A stretch of 64,000 nucleotides of DNA, taken from positions 14,322,001 to 14,386,000 of the forward strand of contig JBHGNT010000008.1 in NCBI GenBank assembly GCA_043228905.1. Direction: 5' to 3'. The notes under the pieces are model-generated. The model made no database searches. It saw nothing but the letters and a program-made list of their open reading frames with translations, and was not told the DNA's origin. Positions 1 to 10,833 of this stretch are shown in pieces (the first letter of the stretch is position 1; each line of letters opens with the position of its first letter). The stretch comes from Azolla caroliniana. Its lineage: Eukaryota; Plantae; Polypodiophyta. The translations under genes were made by a program, and so were the position numbers.

Positions 1-137
1 CCCATTTGAGTACTTATTGTCGATGAAGCTTTCTTTCTTCTTTGACTTCTCTCTCGAACACAAGCTATGTAGTCGCACTATGATAGAACACAACACACAG
101 ATGGGCTAGATCGAGCTACCAAACCGCTCTGATACCA
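1..137 (-). mobile_element. 5' internal edge of a Ty1/Copia element with tRNA-iMet PBS (126-137); the LTR starts at 138
   Basis: GCTCTGATACCA at 126-137 is the reverse complement of TGGTATCAGAGC and is followed directly by TG. Confidence 0.7.
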
Positions 138-431
138 TGTAAAGAATCGGGTATGATTCTTGGGCAGCAGAAGAGATGTGTGTTATGTGTTGTGCGGAGC
201 CCACGCCACTAGGCGGCGGCCTTACCCCCTAGTTCTCGATCGACATATGCAATCTTCGTACTATTTGGCTTGGGATAGAGCTCAAAATGAGACTCCCATC
301 GGCCTAGCCACATGCAAATTGCTTCTTTGGTTTTTTCCTTTTTTTGTCCCGTAAATGGCTTTACGACAAATGATGGTTCACCCTCATGCTCATTCGGTCT
401 ATTAGTATCACATTATAAACTAATGACACAT

Positions 432-1088
432 TGTCGTGAAGAAAACCGGCCATAGGCGGAATCGGACAAAAGGCGCATGAACCGGCTCTTACACGGATGA
501 ACACGTGAATTGATATTTTGATATTGATTCATAAACGGATCGGCTGATGTAAATACTAAGTAGTACACATTTATTAGGGGATTGTGTCTATCTCTGTCAG
601 AAGGGACAGGGAATAGAATGATTTGACTAGGGAAAAAGGGCACCCCCCTTTTGGGAACTATTTAAGGAGAGGAGAGAAGGAAGAAAGATATCGCGCGTTG
701 GCGAGGACGAAGTGCTGTTGCAGAACCGAGTGCCGAGCTCTCTCTCTCCTCCAATCGTCGTTCTCTGCGAGCGTCGGGAGTTCGTTGCCTCTGCTTCGTG
801 GACAGCCTGTGTGCTTCTAGCAGAGTCTCTCTCTCCCCTTTTCCCCCTTTGTTTCTTCGAGTCGCGTGGCTGCCGTCGGTGTGTGTGAGTAGGACCCCGT
901 GTCGGGTCCATTACCGGGTTGCCGGTTGTAACTGTTCGAGTTGTAAGCTATTGACTATAATAATCGGATTCCTGTTTTCTTGCTCTTAATCTTTTTCTGT
1001 GTACTTGCATCTCTCTCTCTCTCTCTCACTCTCTCACTCTCTCACTCTCTGTGTACTTACCTACACGCGAACGCGAAACTTCGCAACA
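432..1088 (+). mobile_element. Solo LTR of the TGTCGTG...CACGACA Gypsy group, 4-bp TSD ACAT/ACGT
   Basis: Termini TGTCGTGAAG and CTTCGCAACA form an imperfect inverted repeat; flanks at 428-431 and 1089-1092; CT-rich U5-like segment. Confidence 0.65.
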
Positions 1089-1772
1089 ACGTGCCCCAAG
1101 AGCACTATAAGATTGCCAAAGTTTGGACATCTAATGCGCGGTTGAATTAAGGAAATTTTGTATTTGTATCAAATATGACTCAATGGGGATTGGCCTAAGA
1201 GGATTTCCTTGAATTCCTTCCGCTTGAGCAGATGACATCGGGTCATTATTATGAGCCATTCAATGATAAGTTTTGGCAAAGAAATAGGATAAAGTCAAAC
1301 AAATAGTCATAACATTATGTCATGACGTAAACATATCATGGCCAAACAATAATCAATATCATGATGCAACGTCAATACCCCTCTAGACGTATAAGATGAG
1401 GTTCAAGATCAGGTTACTATTGTAACACAAAGGTGTTTTAAAAACCATGGGGGTGACAAATGAATGTCTTTCCCTTATCTCTATATCGATTTTTTAATGG
1501 GGCTCCCTGAGGCTCAACCATGTATGTTTGCGTCATGAATAGTTTAAACATGGGAAAATGTTAACAATAAACTACGTCTTTGTGCCCACGCATGTGGTTT
1601 CGGCTCTTTAAGTCCTATTACGAGGACCCAGAAGTGCACTTAGACCTAAAGTCTAAACATGTATTATAGGCATATGTATCAACAATGTTATATGGTCTTG
1701 GTAATATTTGAACTCGAGACCTTGAGAAGAAATGCATTAAACACTTGAGTGGCGTTGTGTCGTACCTGGTGC

Positions 1773-2209
1773 TGTCATGATATGGCAAGACTCGAACCCA
1801 TGACCTTAGGTTATATGGGTCGAGCTCTTGACCATTAGATCATCTATTGTAATATGTAGGATATTATTTTCATTTACATTTTATTATAGGAAATTAGTGT
1901 ATATTCCAGATTTCTCTGGAACATTCTAGAAGCTTCAGGATTACTCCTGAAAACACTATAAAAGAGGGCACTAGGCATTATATTGAACCAAATTGGTTCA
2001 ACGCCAGTGTTAAGCCTTTTTAGCCACCATTGTATATTCTCTTCATATAATACATATCTTTCTTATCATCATTCTCTCTCTCTCCCGATCTCTCTCTTTC
2101 TCTCCGTCTCGCTCACTTCTTCCTTCTCTCGAAGAAGTTCCACACCTCTCATAGTACTAATCCTTCGTTTAGTACTAATTCCTTCTCTGTCTCAGTACTG
2201 TTCTTGACA
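1773..2209 (+). repeat. 5' LTR of chromovirus 1
   Basis: TGTCATGA...TTGACA; TATAAAA at 1957; direct repeat of 6991-7429. Confidence 0.95.
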
Positions 2210-2284
2210 GTTTGAACCAATTTCTTCCTACCTTCTGTCTCTCTCATTTCCTACTAATCTTTTATTCCTCTTTTCTTTCATCCC

Positions 2285-3436
2285 ATGGCCACTGTTAGCG
2301 CTGAAGAATATCAATATGTTTTCTCGGAATTTCAATGCTTGAAGGAGAAGTTCCATGCTTTGGAACAAGAAAACCAACGGTTGCTGGGGGATCTTCAGCA
2401 AATCTCCTTAGAAAAGCAGCAAACGCAACAACAGCATGGGGAACTTGCATTATGCGTGCAACAACTCGAAGCAACCATCGTAGCGATGCAACAACAAGGG
2501 CCCGGAACACAAGGGATTCATAAAGAACCCAAGATGGGTCTTCCCACGAAGTTCGATGGAACGCGATCGCAGTTTAGAGGGTTCCTTAACCAGGTACGAT
2601 TAGTTATTCAAATGCATCCTTTCCGATATCCCACCGATGCATCACGAGTGGGTTTAGTAGGCACTTTGTTAAGTGGCTCAGCGTTGTCATGGTTCGCTCC
2701 ACTATTAGAAAAGGAATCTCCGTTACTCAACAATTTTGAAGAGTTTCTAGGTGAGTTTAAAGCATGTTTCGGAGATACTGACATCACCAGGACCGCAATC
2801 AACAAAATCCGGCGATTAAGCCAAGGTGACCATCCAGCCTCCGCATACGCTGCAGATTTTCGCCTACTCGCCGCCGATATCCCTGGGGATGATCAAGCGT
2901 TGATGGACAAATTCCGTTATGGTTTACGCAACGACCTCAAGGATTTACTCTTGACCTTCCCCGAAGAGCCAAAGTCCTTAACAGAAGCAATTAGTCGCGC
3001 GGTGAGATGTGACAACCATCTCTTTGAGCGACGTTCGGAACGACAGCTACAGATGCCGAGGGCAAGATCAGAGCCCACCTACGCCTCAGTGGTAGCAAGA
3101 CCTTTTCCGAGGGAGTCATATAATGCGCCTCCAGCGAATACTCCGACTCCGATGGAGATTGACACTACACGTCGTCGAGGGCCATTATTTGAAGAAGAAA
3201 AGCAGCGACACCGTACAAATCGACTATGTCTTTATTGCGGTGGGCCAGGACATATCACAATAAATTGCCCCCATAGGCCAAGAAGACAGGTAAACCAAAT
3301 AGTCGCTAGTTCTAATTGTACTAAACCCGAGCCTATTTCAGTAGGGATATCTGATAGTCCTAATAGTACTAATATCCCAGATCTAGCAAACAAATTTGAT
3401 ATCCTTAGTCAGTTAGAAGAAGAGTTAAACGACTAA
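2285..3436 (+). CDS. gag: Gag (retrotransposon gag domain, PEG10/RTL1-like, CCHC zinc knuckle)
   Basis: 383 aa ORF with PTKFDG..FRGFL, PMEID and CLYCGGPGHITINC motifs. Confidence 0.93.
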   Translation: MATVSAEEYQYVFSEFQCLKEKFHALEQENQRLLGDLQQISLEKQQTQQQHGELALCVQQLEATIVAMQQQGPGTQGIHKEPKMGLPTKFDGTRSQFRGFLNQVRLVIQMHPFRYPTDASRVGLVGTLLSGSALSWFAPLLEKESPLLNNFEEFLGEFKACFGDTDITRTAINKIRRLSQGDHPASAYAADFRLLAADIPGDDQALMDKFRYGLRNDLKDLLLTFPEEPKSLTEAISRAVRCDNHLFERRSERQLQMPRARSEPTYASVVARPFPRESYNAPPANTPTPMEIDTTRRRGPLFEEEKQRHRTNRLCLYCGGPGHITINCPHRPRRQVNQIVASSNCTKPEPISVGISDSPNSTNIPDLANKFDILSQLEEELND

Positions 3437-3478
3437 GTCCAGCCAAAATAGGAGCCGTTTGGTTGGACAGCCCTAGAT
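3424..3478 (+). promoter_or_regulatory. Putative programmed -1 ribosomal frameshift signal (slippery G TTA AAC plus stem-loop/pseudoknot)
   Basis: pol is in the -1 frame and open across the gag stop; a 6-nt spacer precedes the stem GTCCAGCCAAA/TTTGGTTGGAC. Confidence 0.7.
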
Positions 3479-6400
3479 CTGTGCAACCCATTAGTGGTTC
3501 CATTCCCTCTAAGCAAGTTAGTGATGTGTTCGTAGCGCAAGTAATAGTTAGTACTAAAAGTACCCCTCCAGTACATGTCCTAGCACTCCTAGATTCCGGA
3601 GCTAACTCTTGCTTTATGGATAAGAAATTTGCTCAAGCTCATAAGATATCCCTAAGAAAACTCCAGTGTTTAGCCTCTGTAATAGTCATTGATGGACGTC
3701 CCATTGCTTCCGGAAATATCATAGAAGAGTCAGAGCCCATTAATATTGTCTTAGATAACTTAGCATGTGTAGTATCATTTAATATTATTAGTATCCCAGA
3801 ACATCCTATAGTTTTAGGATTACCGTGGTTCGAGTTACATAACCCAGACATAGATTGGAGAACAAGAGAAATCCAGTGTCGACAAACCCAAGGGTCAACT
3901 CAGAAGATGGCAACCATTTCGCTACGTCAGTTGCGTAAAGAAGGGCGCAAGGAGGAAATGTTCCTCTTTGCAATATCAGTAAACCCCTCCAGCACCACTA
4001 AAGAAGAATCCACCATTCAACTTCCCGAGAAGTATCGTCATTACGCCGATGTGTTCGATAAAGTACAAGCCAACACACTTCCTGATCATCGACCGTACGA
4101 TTGCCCCATCTATTTACAACCGGGAAAAGAGCCGCCATGGGGACCGATCTACAATTTGTCACCAACCGAGCTAGAAGTCCTTCGGGCCTATATAGAGGAG
4201 AATTTGGAAAATGGTTTCATTCGGCATTCGAAATCTCTAGCCGGCGCGCCCATTTTCTTCGTCAAGAAAAAGGATGGATCACTTCGTCTCGTTGTAGATT
4301 ACCGTGGCTTGAATAAGGTTACAATCAAGAATAGGTATGCTCTTCCCCTTATCTCAAGTCTTTTAGAACGGATCAATGGTGCCAGGTTCTTCATGAAGAT
4401 CGACTTACGGGGAGCATATAACCTCGTACGAATCCGACCAGGAGACGAATGGAAGACCGTGTTTCACACCAGATATGGGCACTTCGAGTATACGGTCATG
4501 CCGTTCGGCCTCACAAATGCGTCGGCAGTCTTCCAACAGATGGCTAATGATATATTCCGAGATCTATTGGATGATTGTTTGATCATCTATTTGGATGATC
4601 TACTGGTTTATTCAAAGACCCAAGAAGAACATGATTCTCATGTACTATTAGTACTAAAACGACTTCGAGAACATGGTCTGTATGCAAAGCTGGAAAATTT
4701 TAGTTTTGGGTGCAACCAAGTGGAATTTCTCGGTTACATCATTTCTTCAGAAGGCATCTCCATGGACCCAGCTAAGGTCAAAACGGTGGTAGAATGGCAG
4801 ACTCCGCGTTCGGTGCGGGATGTGCAATGCTTCTTAGGCTTTGCCAATTTTTACCGGAAGTTCATACAAGATTACTCAAAGATCGTTCTACCTCTCACAC
4901 AACTTACCAGGAAGGGACAACCGTTCATCTGGTCTGAAGAAACGGACATGGCTTTCGAGAGTCTTAAAAAATCATTTACATCGGCTCCAATTCTAGCTCA
5001 TGTCGATCCGGAAAAACCATTCATTATCAAAGCTGACGCATCGGATTTTGCATTGGGGAGAATTCTGTCACAACAGGAGAATGATGAGAAGCTACATCCT
5101 GTGGCTTTTCACTCACGCAAGTTTGACGCCGCCGAAATCAACTACGAAATTCATGATAAGGAGCTATTGGTAATAGTGGATTCTTTTATGCAATGGAGGC
5201 ATTTTCTGGAGGGATCCTCACATCCAGTCACCATATTTAGTGACCACAAGAATCTTGCCTACTTTCAGGATGCTCGTGTGTTGAATCGACGTCAAGCTCG
5301 GTGGGCCCACTTCCTCACGCGTTTCGACTTCAAAATTACATATCGTCCGGGGAGGCACCAAGGGAAGGCAGATGCATTATCACGGCGTTCGTATCTAGCA
5401 CCCCGTCCTGGAGAGCCAGCTTTCGATAACAAAAAACAAGTCATCTTGGGACCGGCATGACTACAAGCAACACAGATCTTTGACATGCCTATGGATTCAC
5501 GCGTTATCGATACCATACGTGAAAACTTGAAGACAGATGCATTCGCCCAAGCTATACTAGCACAAATTGATCCCTCTCGAGCGTCGTGTTCACAGTCGCA
5601 ACCACCAGGTACGAACTATCGGCAATTCAAATACCATGATGGATTACTCTTCTTTAAAGAACTTTTGCATGTTCCTAATGGTTCTTGTCGCCTTCGAGTA
5701 GTACAAAACTGCCATGACACATATATAGCTGGGCATTTTGGTAGTACTAAAACATTACATTTAGTACAACGAACATTCTGGTGGCCCTGTATGCGACAAT
5801 TTGTCGAGGATTTTGTTTGGACTTGTGATACATGTTGCAAAGCAAAAATGCCAAGGCATCATCCATATGGTTTATTAGAACCATTACCAATTCCAATCAA
5901 GCCGTGGCAATCCATTGCTCTAGACTTCATCACAGATCTTCCAGTCTCTAAGGGGTCGATCGATATACGAAGATGGCTCATTTCTTGCCATGTACTAAGG
6001 AGATCTCCAATGAAGACACTGCCGAAATTGTCATGCATGAAGTATGTCGGCATCATGGACTTCCCGATAGTATCATCAGCGACCGTGGACCCCAGTTCGT
6101 GTCAAAATTCTGGAAGCACCTTTTTAACATGCTCAAGGTTACTTGTAACCTCTCCTCCGGCTACCACCCACAAACCGACGACCAAGCTGAACGAACAAAT
6201 CAAACGTTGGAGCAGTATCTGCGGTGCTTTCTCAGTTATCATCAAGATGACTGGGCAGATATTCTCCACTTCGCCGAATTTGCCTATAACAACTCTATCC
6301 ACGCATCCACTAAAGTTACGCCATTTTATGCTTATACGGGATGTCACCCCCGGTGGAGTGTACTTGAAACCCCAGAGGTGTCCCCAAATCCGTGCGCGGA

Positions 6401-6998
6401 GGATCGTTTGGAGCAGTTACGCAAGATACAAGCGGATTTATCTACTCATCTCCAACAAGCTCAACAAACACACAAGGTCTACGCGGATCGTCATCGACTT
6501 CCATCCAGTTTTAATATTGGAGATCGGGTGTGGCTGCTACGACGACACATCAAGACTACTCGTCCATGTGAGAAGTTAGATTATCGGTGATTAGGTCCTG
6601 TCCGTATTATTGGACAGATTAATGATGTCGCTTTTCGTCTCGATCTACCTCCTCAACTTCGGATACATCCAGTGTTTCATAGTTCTCTCCTCGAACCCTA
6701 CCACGAGAGCACCATCCCAGGACGTCTTATCCAACCTCCACCCCTGATCAAGCTTGAAGATGGGCCGGAGTACGAGGTTGCCGTCATCCTTGATTCCAAG
6801 ATTGTTCGCAACAAGCTCTACTATCTAGTCGATTGGCTAGGCTATAGCCCCATCGAACGTACTTGGGAACCGATCGAGAATGTGACCAATGCTCGTGCTC
6901 TTCTTGAAGACTTCCATCGTCAATATCCACACAAACTAGGTCCTCAATCCAAGATGACTCGTGACACTCGTCATTTTAAAGGGGGGATAGTGTCATAA
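3463..6998 (+). pseudogene. pol: Gypsy pol (protease, RT, RNase H, integrase, chromodomain), disrupted
   Basis: LLDSGA, YLDD, ADASD, HHCC, GPQF and YLVDWLGYS..ERTWEP motifs; TGA stops at 5458 and 6588 and a frameshift near 5960. Confidence 0.93.
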
Positions 6999-7429
6999 TA
7001 TGGCAAGACTCGAACCCATGACCTTAGGTTATATGGGTCGAGCTCTTGACCATTAGATCATCTATTGTAATACGTAGGATATTATTTTCATTTACATTTT
7101 ATTACAGGAAATTAGTGTATATTCCAGATTTCTCTGGAACATTCTAGAAGCTTAAGGATTACTCCTGAAAACACTATAAAAGAGGGCACTAGGCATTATA
7201 TTGAACCAAATTGGTTCAACACCAGTCGTAAGCCTTTTTAGTCACCATTGTATATTCTCTTCATATAATACATATCTTTCTTATCATCACACTCTCTCTC
7301 TCTCCCGATCTCTCTCTTTCTCTCCGTCTCGCTCACTTCTTCCTTCTCTCGAAGAAGTTCCACACCTCTCATAGTACTAATCCTTCGTTTAGTACTAATT
7401 CCTTCTCTGCCTCAGTACTGTTCCTGACA
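6991..7429 (+). repeat. 3' LTR of chromovirus 1
   Basis: Follows the PPT AAAGGGGGGATAG and matches the 5' LTR. Confidence 0.95.
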
Positions 7430-7709
7430 AGTGTTGGCGCACTCATTACAAGAGTTGACCCACCACAATGTCAGAGTCTCGACGTAGTCGATTCCGTCTC
7501 AAATGAAGGTAGCTAGGCCTCATATTCATAGCCAGACCTAAGGCCCCCAAGCAAGTTCACACTTGGCCTAATTGGTTGTCTCAATCCTGAGGATTAAAAG
7601 CAATCCTTCCCTTCTTTACACTCTCGTTTAACCCTCACACTTTATCCATGTGTATAGAATACTACGGTAAATTCTCACCGCGGGATATTATATGGTCATG
7701 CCCGTAACA

Positions 7710-8325
7710 TCCACTACTCGTCGGCTCATCATCCGACTAGTTACATTTCGACTCAGTGGCTCATTCAACCCGTTCAACCGAAATGAGATCAGAATCTTGT
7801 CTAAAGTACCGAACTCTTCTTCGTCTTACTCTACCTAGATTATGTCAGGCTCAGTGGCCTCATCCTCAAGAGTCAGATGGTCGGAGTTATCAGACTCGGA
7901 GTCGGTAAGCAGTACCATGATGCCAACTCATCAAAATCAACATCTTGGCTCACTCGAACTTTTTTTGTCCGGCGGTTCTAACACTTATACCCCTTCTATT
8001 CATGTGAGTAATTGACCAGTATGCATTTCTCCGACTTTGGCTCCAACTTCCTCCTCTTCTCATCAAGCACATGCACATAGGCAATGTTGTCGAATATACT
8101 CAGGTGTCGTAAATTTGGCTGCTGACACCTTCTAACCGATCCGATTTTGGATGTAGACGGTCGTCCGAACTGCATCGGCCCAGTAGAACTTGGGATGCTC
8201 TTCTCCTCCAACATTGCCCATGTCGCTTCTACAACCGATTGATTTTTCCTCTCGGCTACGATGTTTTGCTTCGGCATATATCTGTAGGTAAATTCTCTCC
8301 GAATTCCCTTCTGATGCAAATGATT
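7710..8325 (-). pseudogene. Copia integrase C-terminal fragment
   Basis: QNIVAERKNQS and AYVHVLDEKRRKLEPKSEKCILV motifs. Confidence 0.85.
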
Positions 8326-8460
8326 GTTGAATTGAAGCTACTAGAATACACACAGAGAGCGGTAGAGGCAGAGAGAGTGGCAGAGGTAGAGAGAGAAGAA
8401 CAATAAACCTTCTTTCAAAAATATCACTCTTTGTACATACAATGTGCTTAGTGAGCTTCA

Positions 8461-8767
8461 TGTAAAACGATGTTGCTAGTTAGGACTTCACACGACCGAT
8501 TTCCTCTGGGTCGGCGCCGATAAGTCTTTTACTTTATGAATCATCAACATAAAGTAAAAGACTTATCGGCCCATTGCGACCTTGTCGGATGAAAAGTGTG
8601 TTTACTCTGGGTAGGACATAGCCACAAACACAGGGGGTGTCCATTCCGAACACTTCACCAAAGGTTGGTTAAGGGAATGATGTTATCCAGCACGGATACG
8701 ATTCCAATCCAGGTATTCTGCGGATACTCTCCGGATGATTAATCACAACCGATTAATGAAAACACGT
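8461..8767 (-). mobile_element. Inverted LTR 3' part and leader of the non-chromoviral Gypsy family seen at 17588-22389
   Basis: 8593-8767 is the reverse-complement homologue of ~17860-18040. Confidence 0.75.
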
Positions 8768-9745
8768 TGTCGTGTGGTTTTTCACACACAATATGAAAAC
8801 TAGTATAATAATTATTTAAGATTAGCTGAATGTATTCATATAGATAGGTGTCTTCAAGAGTTTCATAGCGTATTTTACTACGCATGAAACGGATAAACAA
8901 GTATCAAGCTATGTGAGTGTGAAGTTTGAAGAAGAAGAAAGAAAAGACAAAACTGTGAGATATCCCACATAGATAGGACAACATTGGAACCCATGATATG
9001 TAAGGGAAACCAAAACATATTCATTTTATCAATGTGTGGAACACAGAATGTTCAAGGTGACTTGGGCTACATTGTGTGGTGTGCACGCTTTGGGCATATG
9101 TGCGTATGCATGGCCATGATTACGCTTCGGGCATATGCGCGTATGTGCGTATGCACGGTCGTGTTAACGCTTCGGGCGTATGCACGTATGTGAATGTGCA
9201 TGGCCACGTGGACGTCTTCGGATGTACGTGCGTGTGCAAGTTTCGGGCATATGCATGCACAGTCGCGTGGACGTTTCGGACGAGCACGCGGATGCGTACA
9301 TGGTGCGGTCAGGACGCGCGCAAGCGTGGATGCGTACATTGCAGCGCAGTCGGGACTTTTGCGTGCGGACGCATCTACGATTTGGTTGCGACACACGTAC
9401 GAATTGCGCACGGGCTAAACTTTATGGATGATTGGGTCATTTGGATGCGCGCGAATGCGTACACGGTGCGGTCAGGACGCGCGCAAGCGTGGATGTGTAC
9501 ATTGCAGCGTGGTCGAGACTTTTGCGTGCGAACGCTTCTACGGTTTGGTTGCGACACACGTACGGATTGCGCACGGGCTAAACTTTATGGATGATTGGGT
9601 CATTTGGATGCATACATTACAGCGCGGTCGGGACTTTTGCGTGCGGACGCGTCTACGGTTTGGTTGCGACACACGTATGGATTGCACATGGGCTAAACTT
9701 TATGGATGATTGGGTCATTTGGCCGAATTATACGGACAATCGCAT
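8768..9745. mobile_element. One half of a TGTCGTG...CACGACA solo LTR; the other half is at 22390-~22800
   Basis: Starts TGTCGTG; 8768-9065 is an inverted homologue of ~43680-44018; interrupts the same LTR position as 22390. Confidence 0.7.
9085..9722. repeat. CpG-rich tandem repeats (~45 bp degenerate units, then three ~115-165 bp units)
   Basis: GGGCTAAACTTTATGGATGATTGGGTCATTTGG occurs three times; repeated CGCTTCGGGCATATG. Confidence 0.85.
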
Positions 9746-9749
9746 GTAA

Positions 9750-10732
9750 CCAAAAGCCAAGTCATCCACCATAGGCCATATGGGTTGCTCCAACCACTTC
9801 CCATTCCCAACCGGCCTTGGGCATCAATTTCCATGGATTTCATCACTGACTTGCCTCTTGTCCACGGATATGACACGATGCTCGTCATGGTAGATTGTTT
9901 TACAAAGATGGCTCATTTTGCCCCTTGCGCAAAGACTATTTCAGCAGAAGCAACAACCGATCTATTTTTAAAGAATGTGGTGCAGCTTCATGGGTCCCCG
10001 GATGATGTCACCTCAGATCACGGACCCCAATTTTTCTCTCGTTTTTGGTAGCAGCTCCTTCAAACATTGGGCACAATAGTGAATTTGTCTTCGTCCTATC
10101 ATCCTCAAACCGATGGACAAACAGAGTGGGTGAACCAAATTCTTGAGCAATACCTTCGATGCTCGCTTATCTACCAACAAGATGATTGGGTTGACCTCCT
10201 ACCCTTGGCAGAGTGCACATATAATAATACGTTACATGGTTCAACTGGGGTCACCCCATTTTTCGCCAACTATGGTTTCCATCCTCGCTTCAGTATTTCC
10301 ATCCCTGGCAACTCTGTCAACCCGTCAGTGAAAGGACATGCTCTTATTTTAGCCGACATTCATCAAGACCTCTCCCTCGTACTCATCGTTGCAAGGGACC
10401 GGTATAAAGTGCAAGTTGATTGACATCATTCTGCTACACCCGCCTTTGCAGTTGGTGATCCAGTTTAGCTCTTACGTCGCCATGTCGATACTTACTTGAC
10501 CTTGTGGAAAGTTGGATTACAAGAATTTGGGGACTTTCCGCATCATTGAGTGTGTCCATCCCGTCACTTTCCGGTTGGAACTTCCTCCACATTTCCGGAT
10601 TCATAATGTCTTCCATGCCTCTCTTCTCAAACCTTATCATCCATCCACTATTATTGGAAGACACTCTCCACCTCCACCTCCACCTCCAATTGAGCTTTCC
10701 ACAGGTGAGGAGTATGAGGTGGACAAGATTCT
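9750..10732 (+). pseudogene. Chromovirus integrase core to start of chromodomain (fragment)
   Basis: GLLQPLP..PWASISMDFITDLP, YHPQTDGQTE, IHNVFH and EEYEVDKIL motifs. Confidence 0.9.
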
Positions 10733-10833
10733 GAAGTTGTCGTCGATGCCAACGAGAATCCAAAATCTTGTCCACCTCATACTCCTCACCTGTGGAAATG
10801 GGGAGGCATCTTCGAAGATGAAGGTGAACAAAT

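Larger units (their letters stand above)
1773..7429 (+). mobile_element. Near full-length Ty3/Gypsy chromovirus (Tf1/sushi/Tcn1-like), decayed
   Basis: Near-identical LTRs at 1773-2209 and 6991-7429 (TG...CA); gag, PR-RT-RH-INT-chromodomain order; PPT at 6978-6990; degenerate TSD GGTGC/AGTGT. Confidence 0.95.

Noticed and set aside
138-368. Sixth member of the CpG-TSD LTR group (ends TTTACGACA)
   Set aside because: The matching start and TSD cannot be identified and the right flank AATG is not N-CG-N; left unassigned, and it may be a counter-example
1783-1850. Functional tRNA gene
   Set aside because: The acceptor and anticodon stems do not pair; only the promoter boxes and spacing are retained
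2285-3436. Domesticated PEG10/RTL1-like host gene
   Set aside because: It lies between paired LTRs with a decayed pol, so it is ordinary retrotransposon gag
8984-9709. Cys/Arg-rich overlapping ORFs
   Set aside because: They arise from stop-poor CpG-rich tandem repeats and have no recognisable domain
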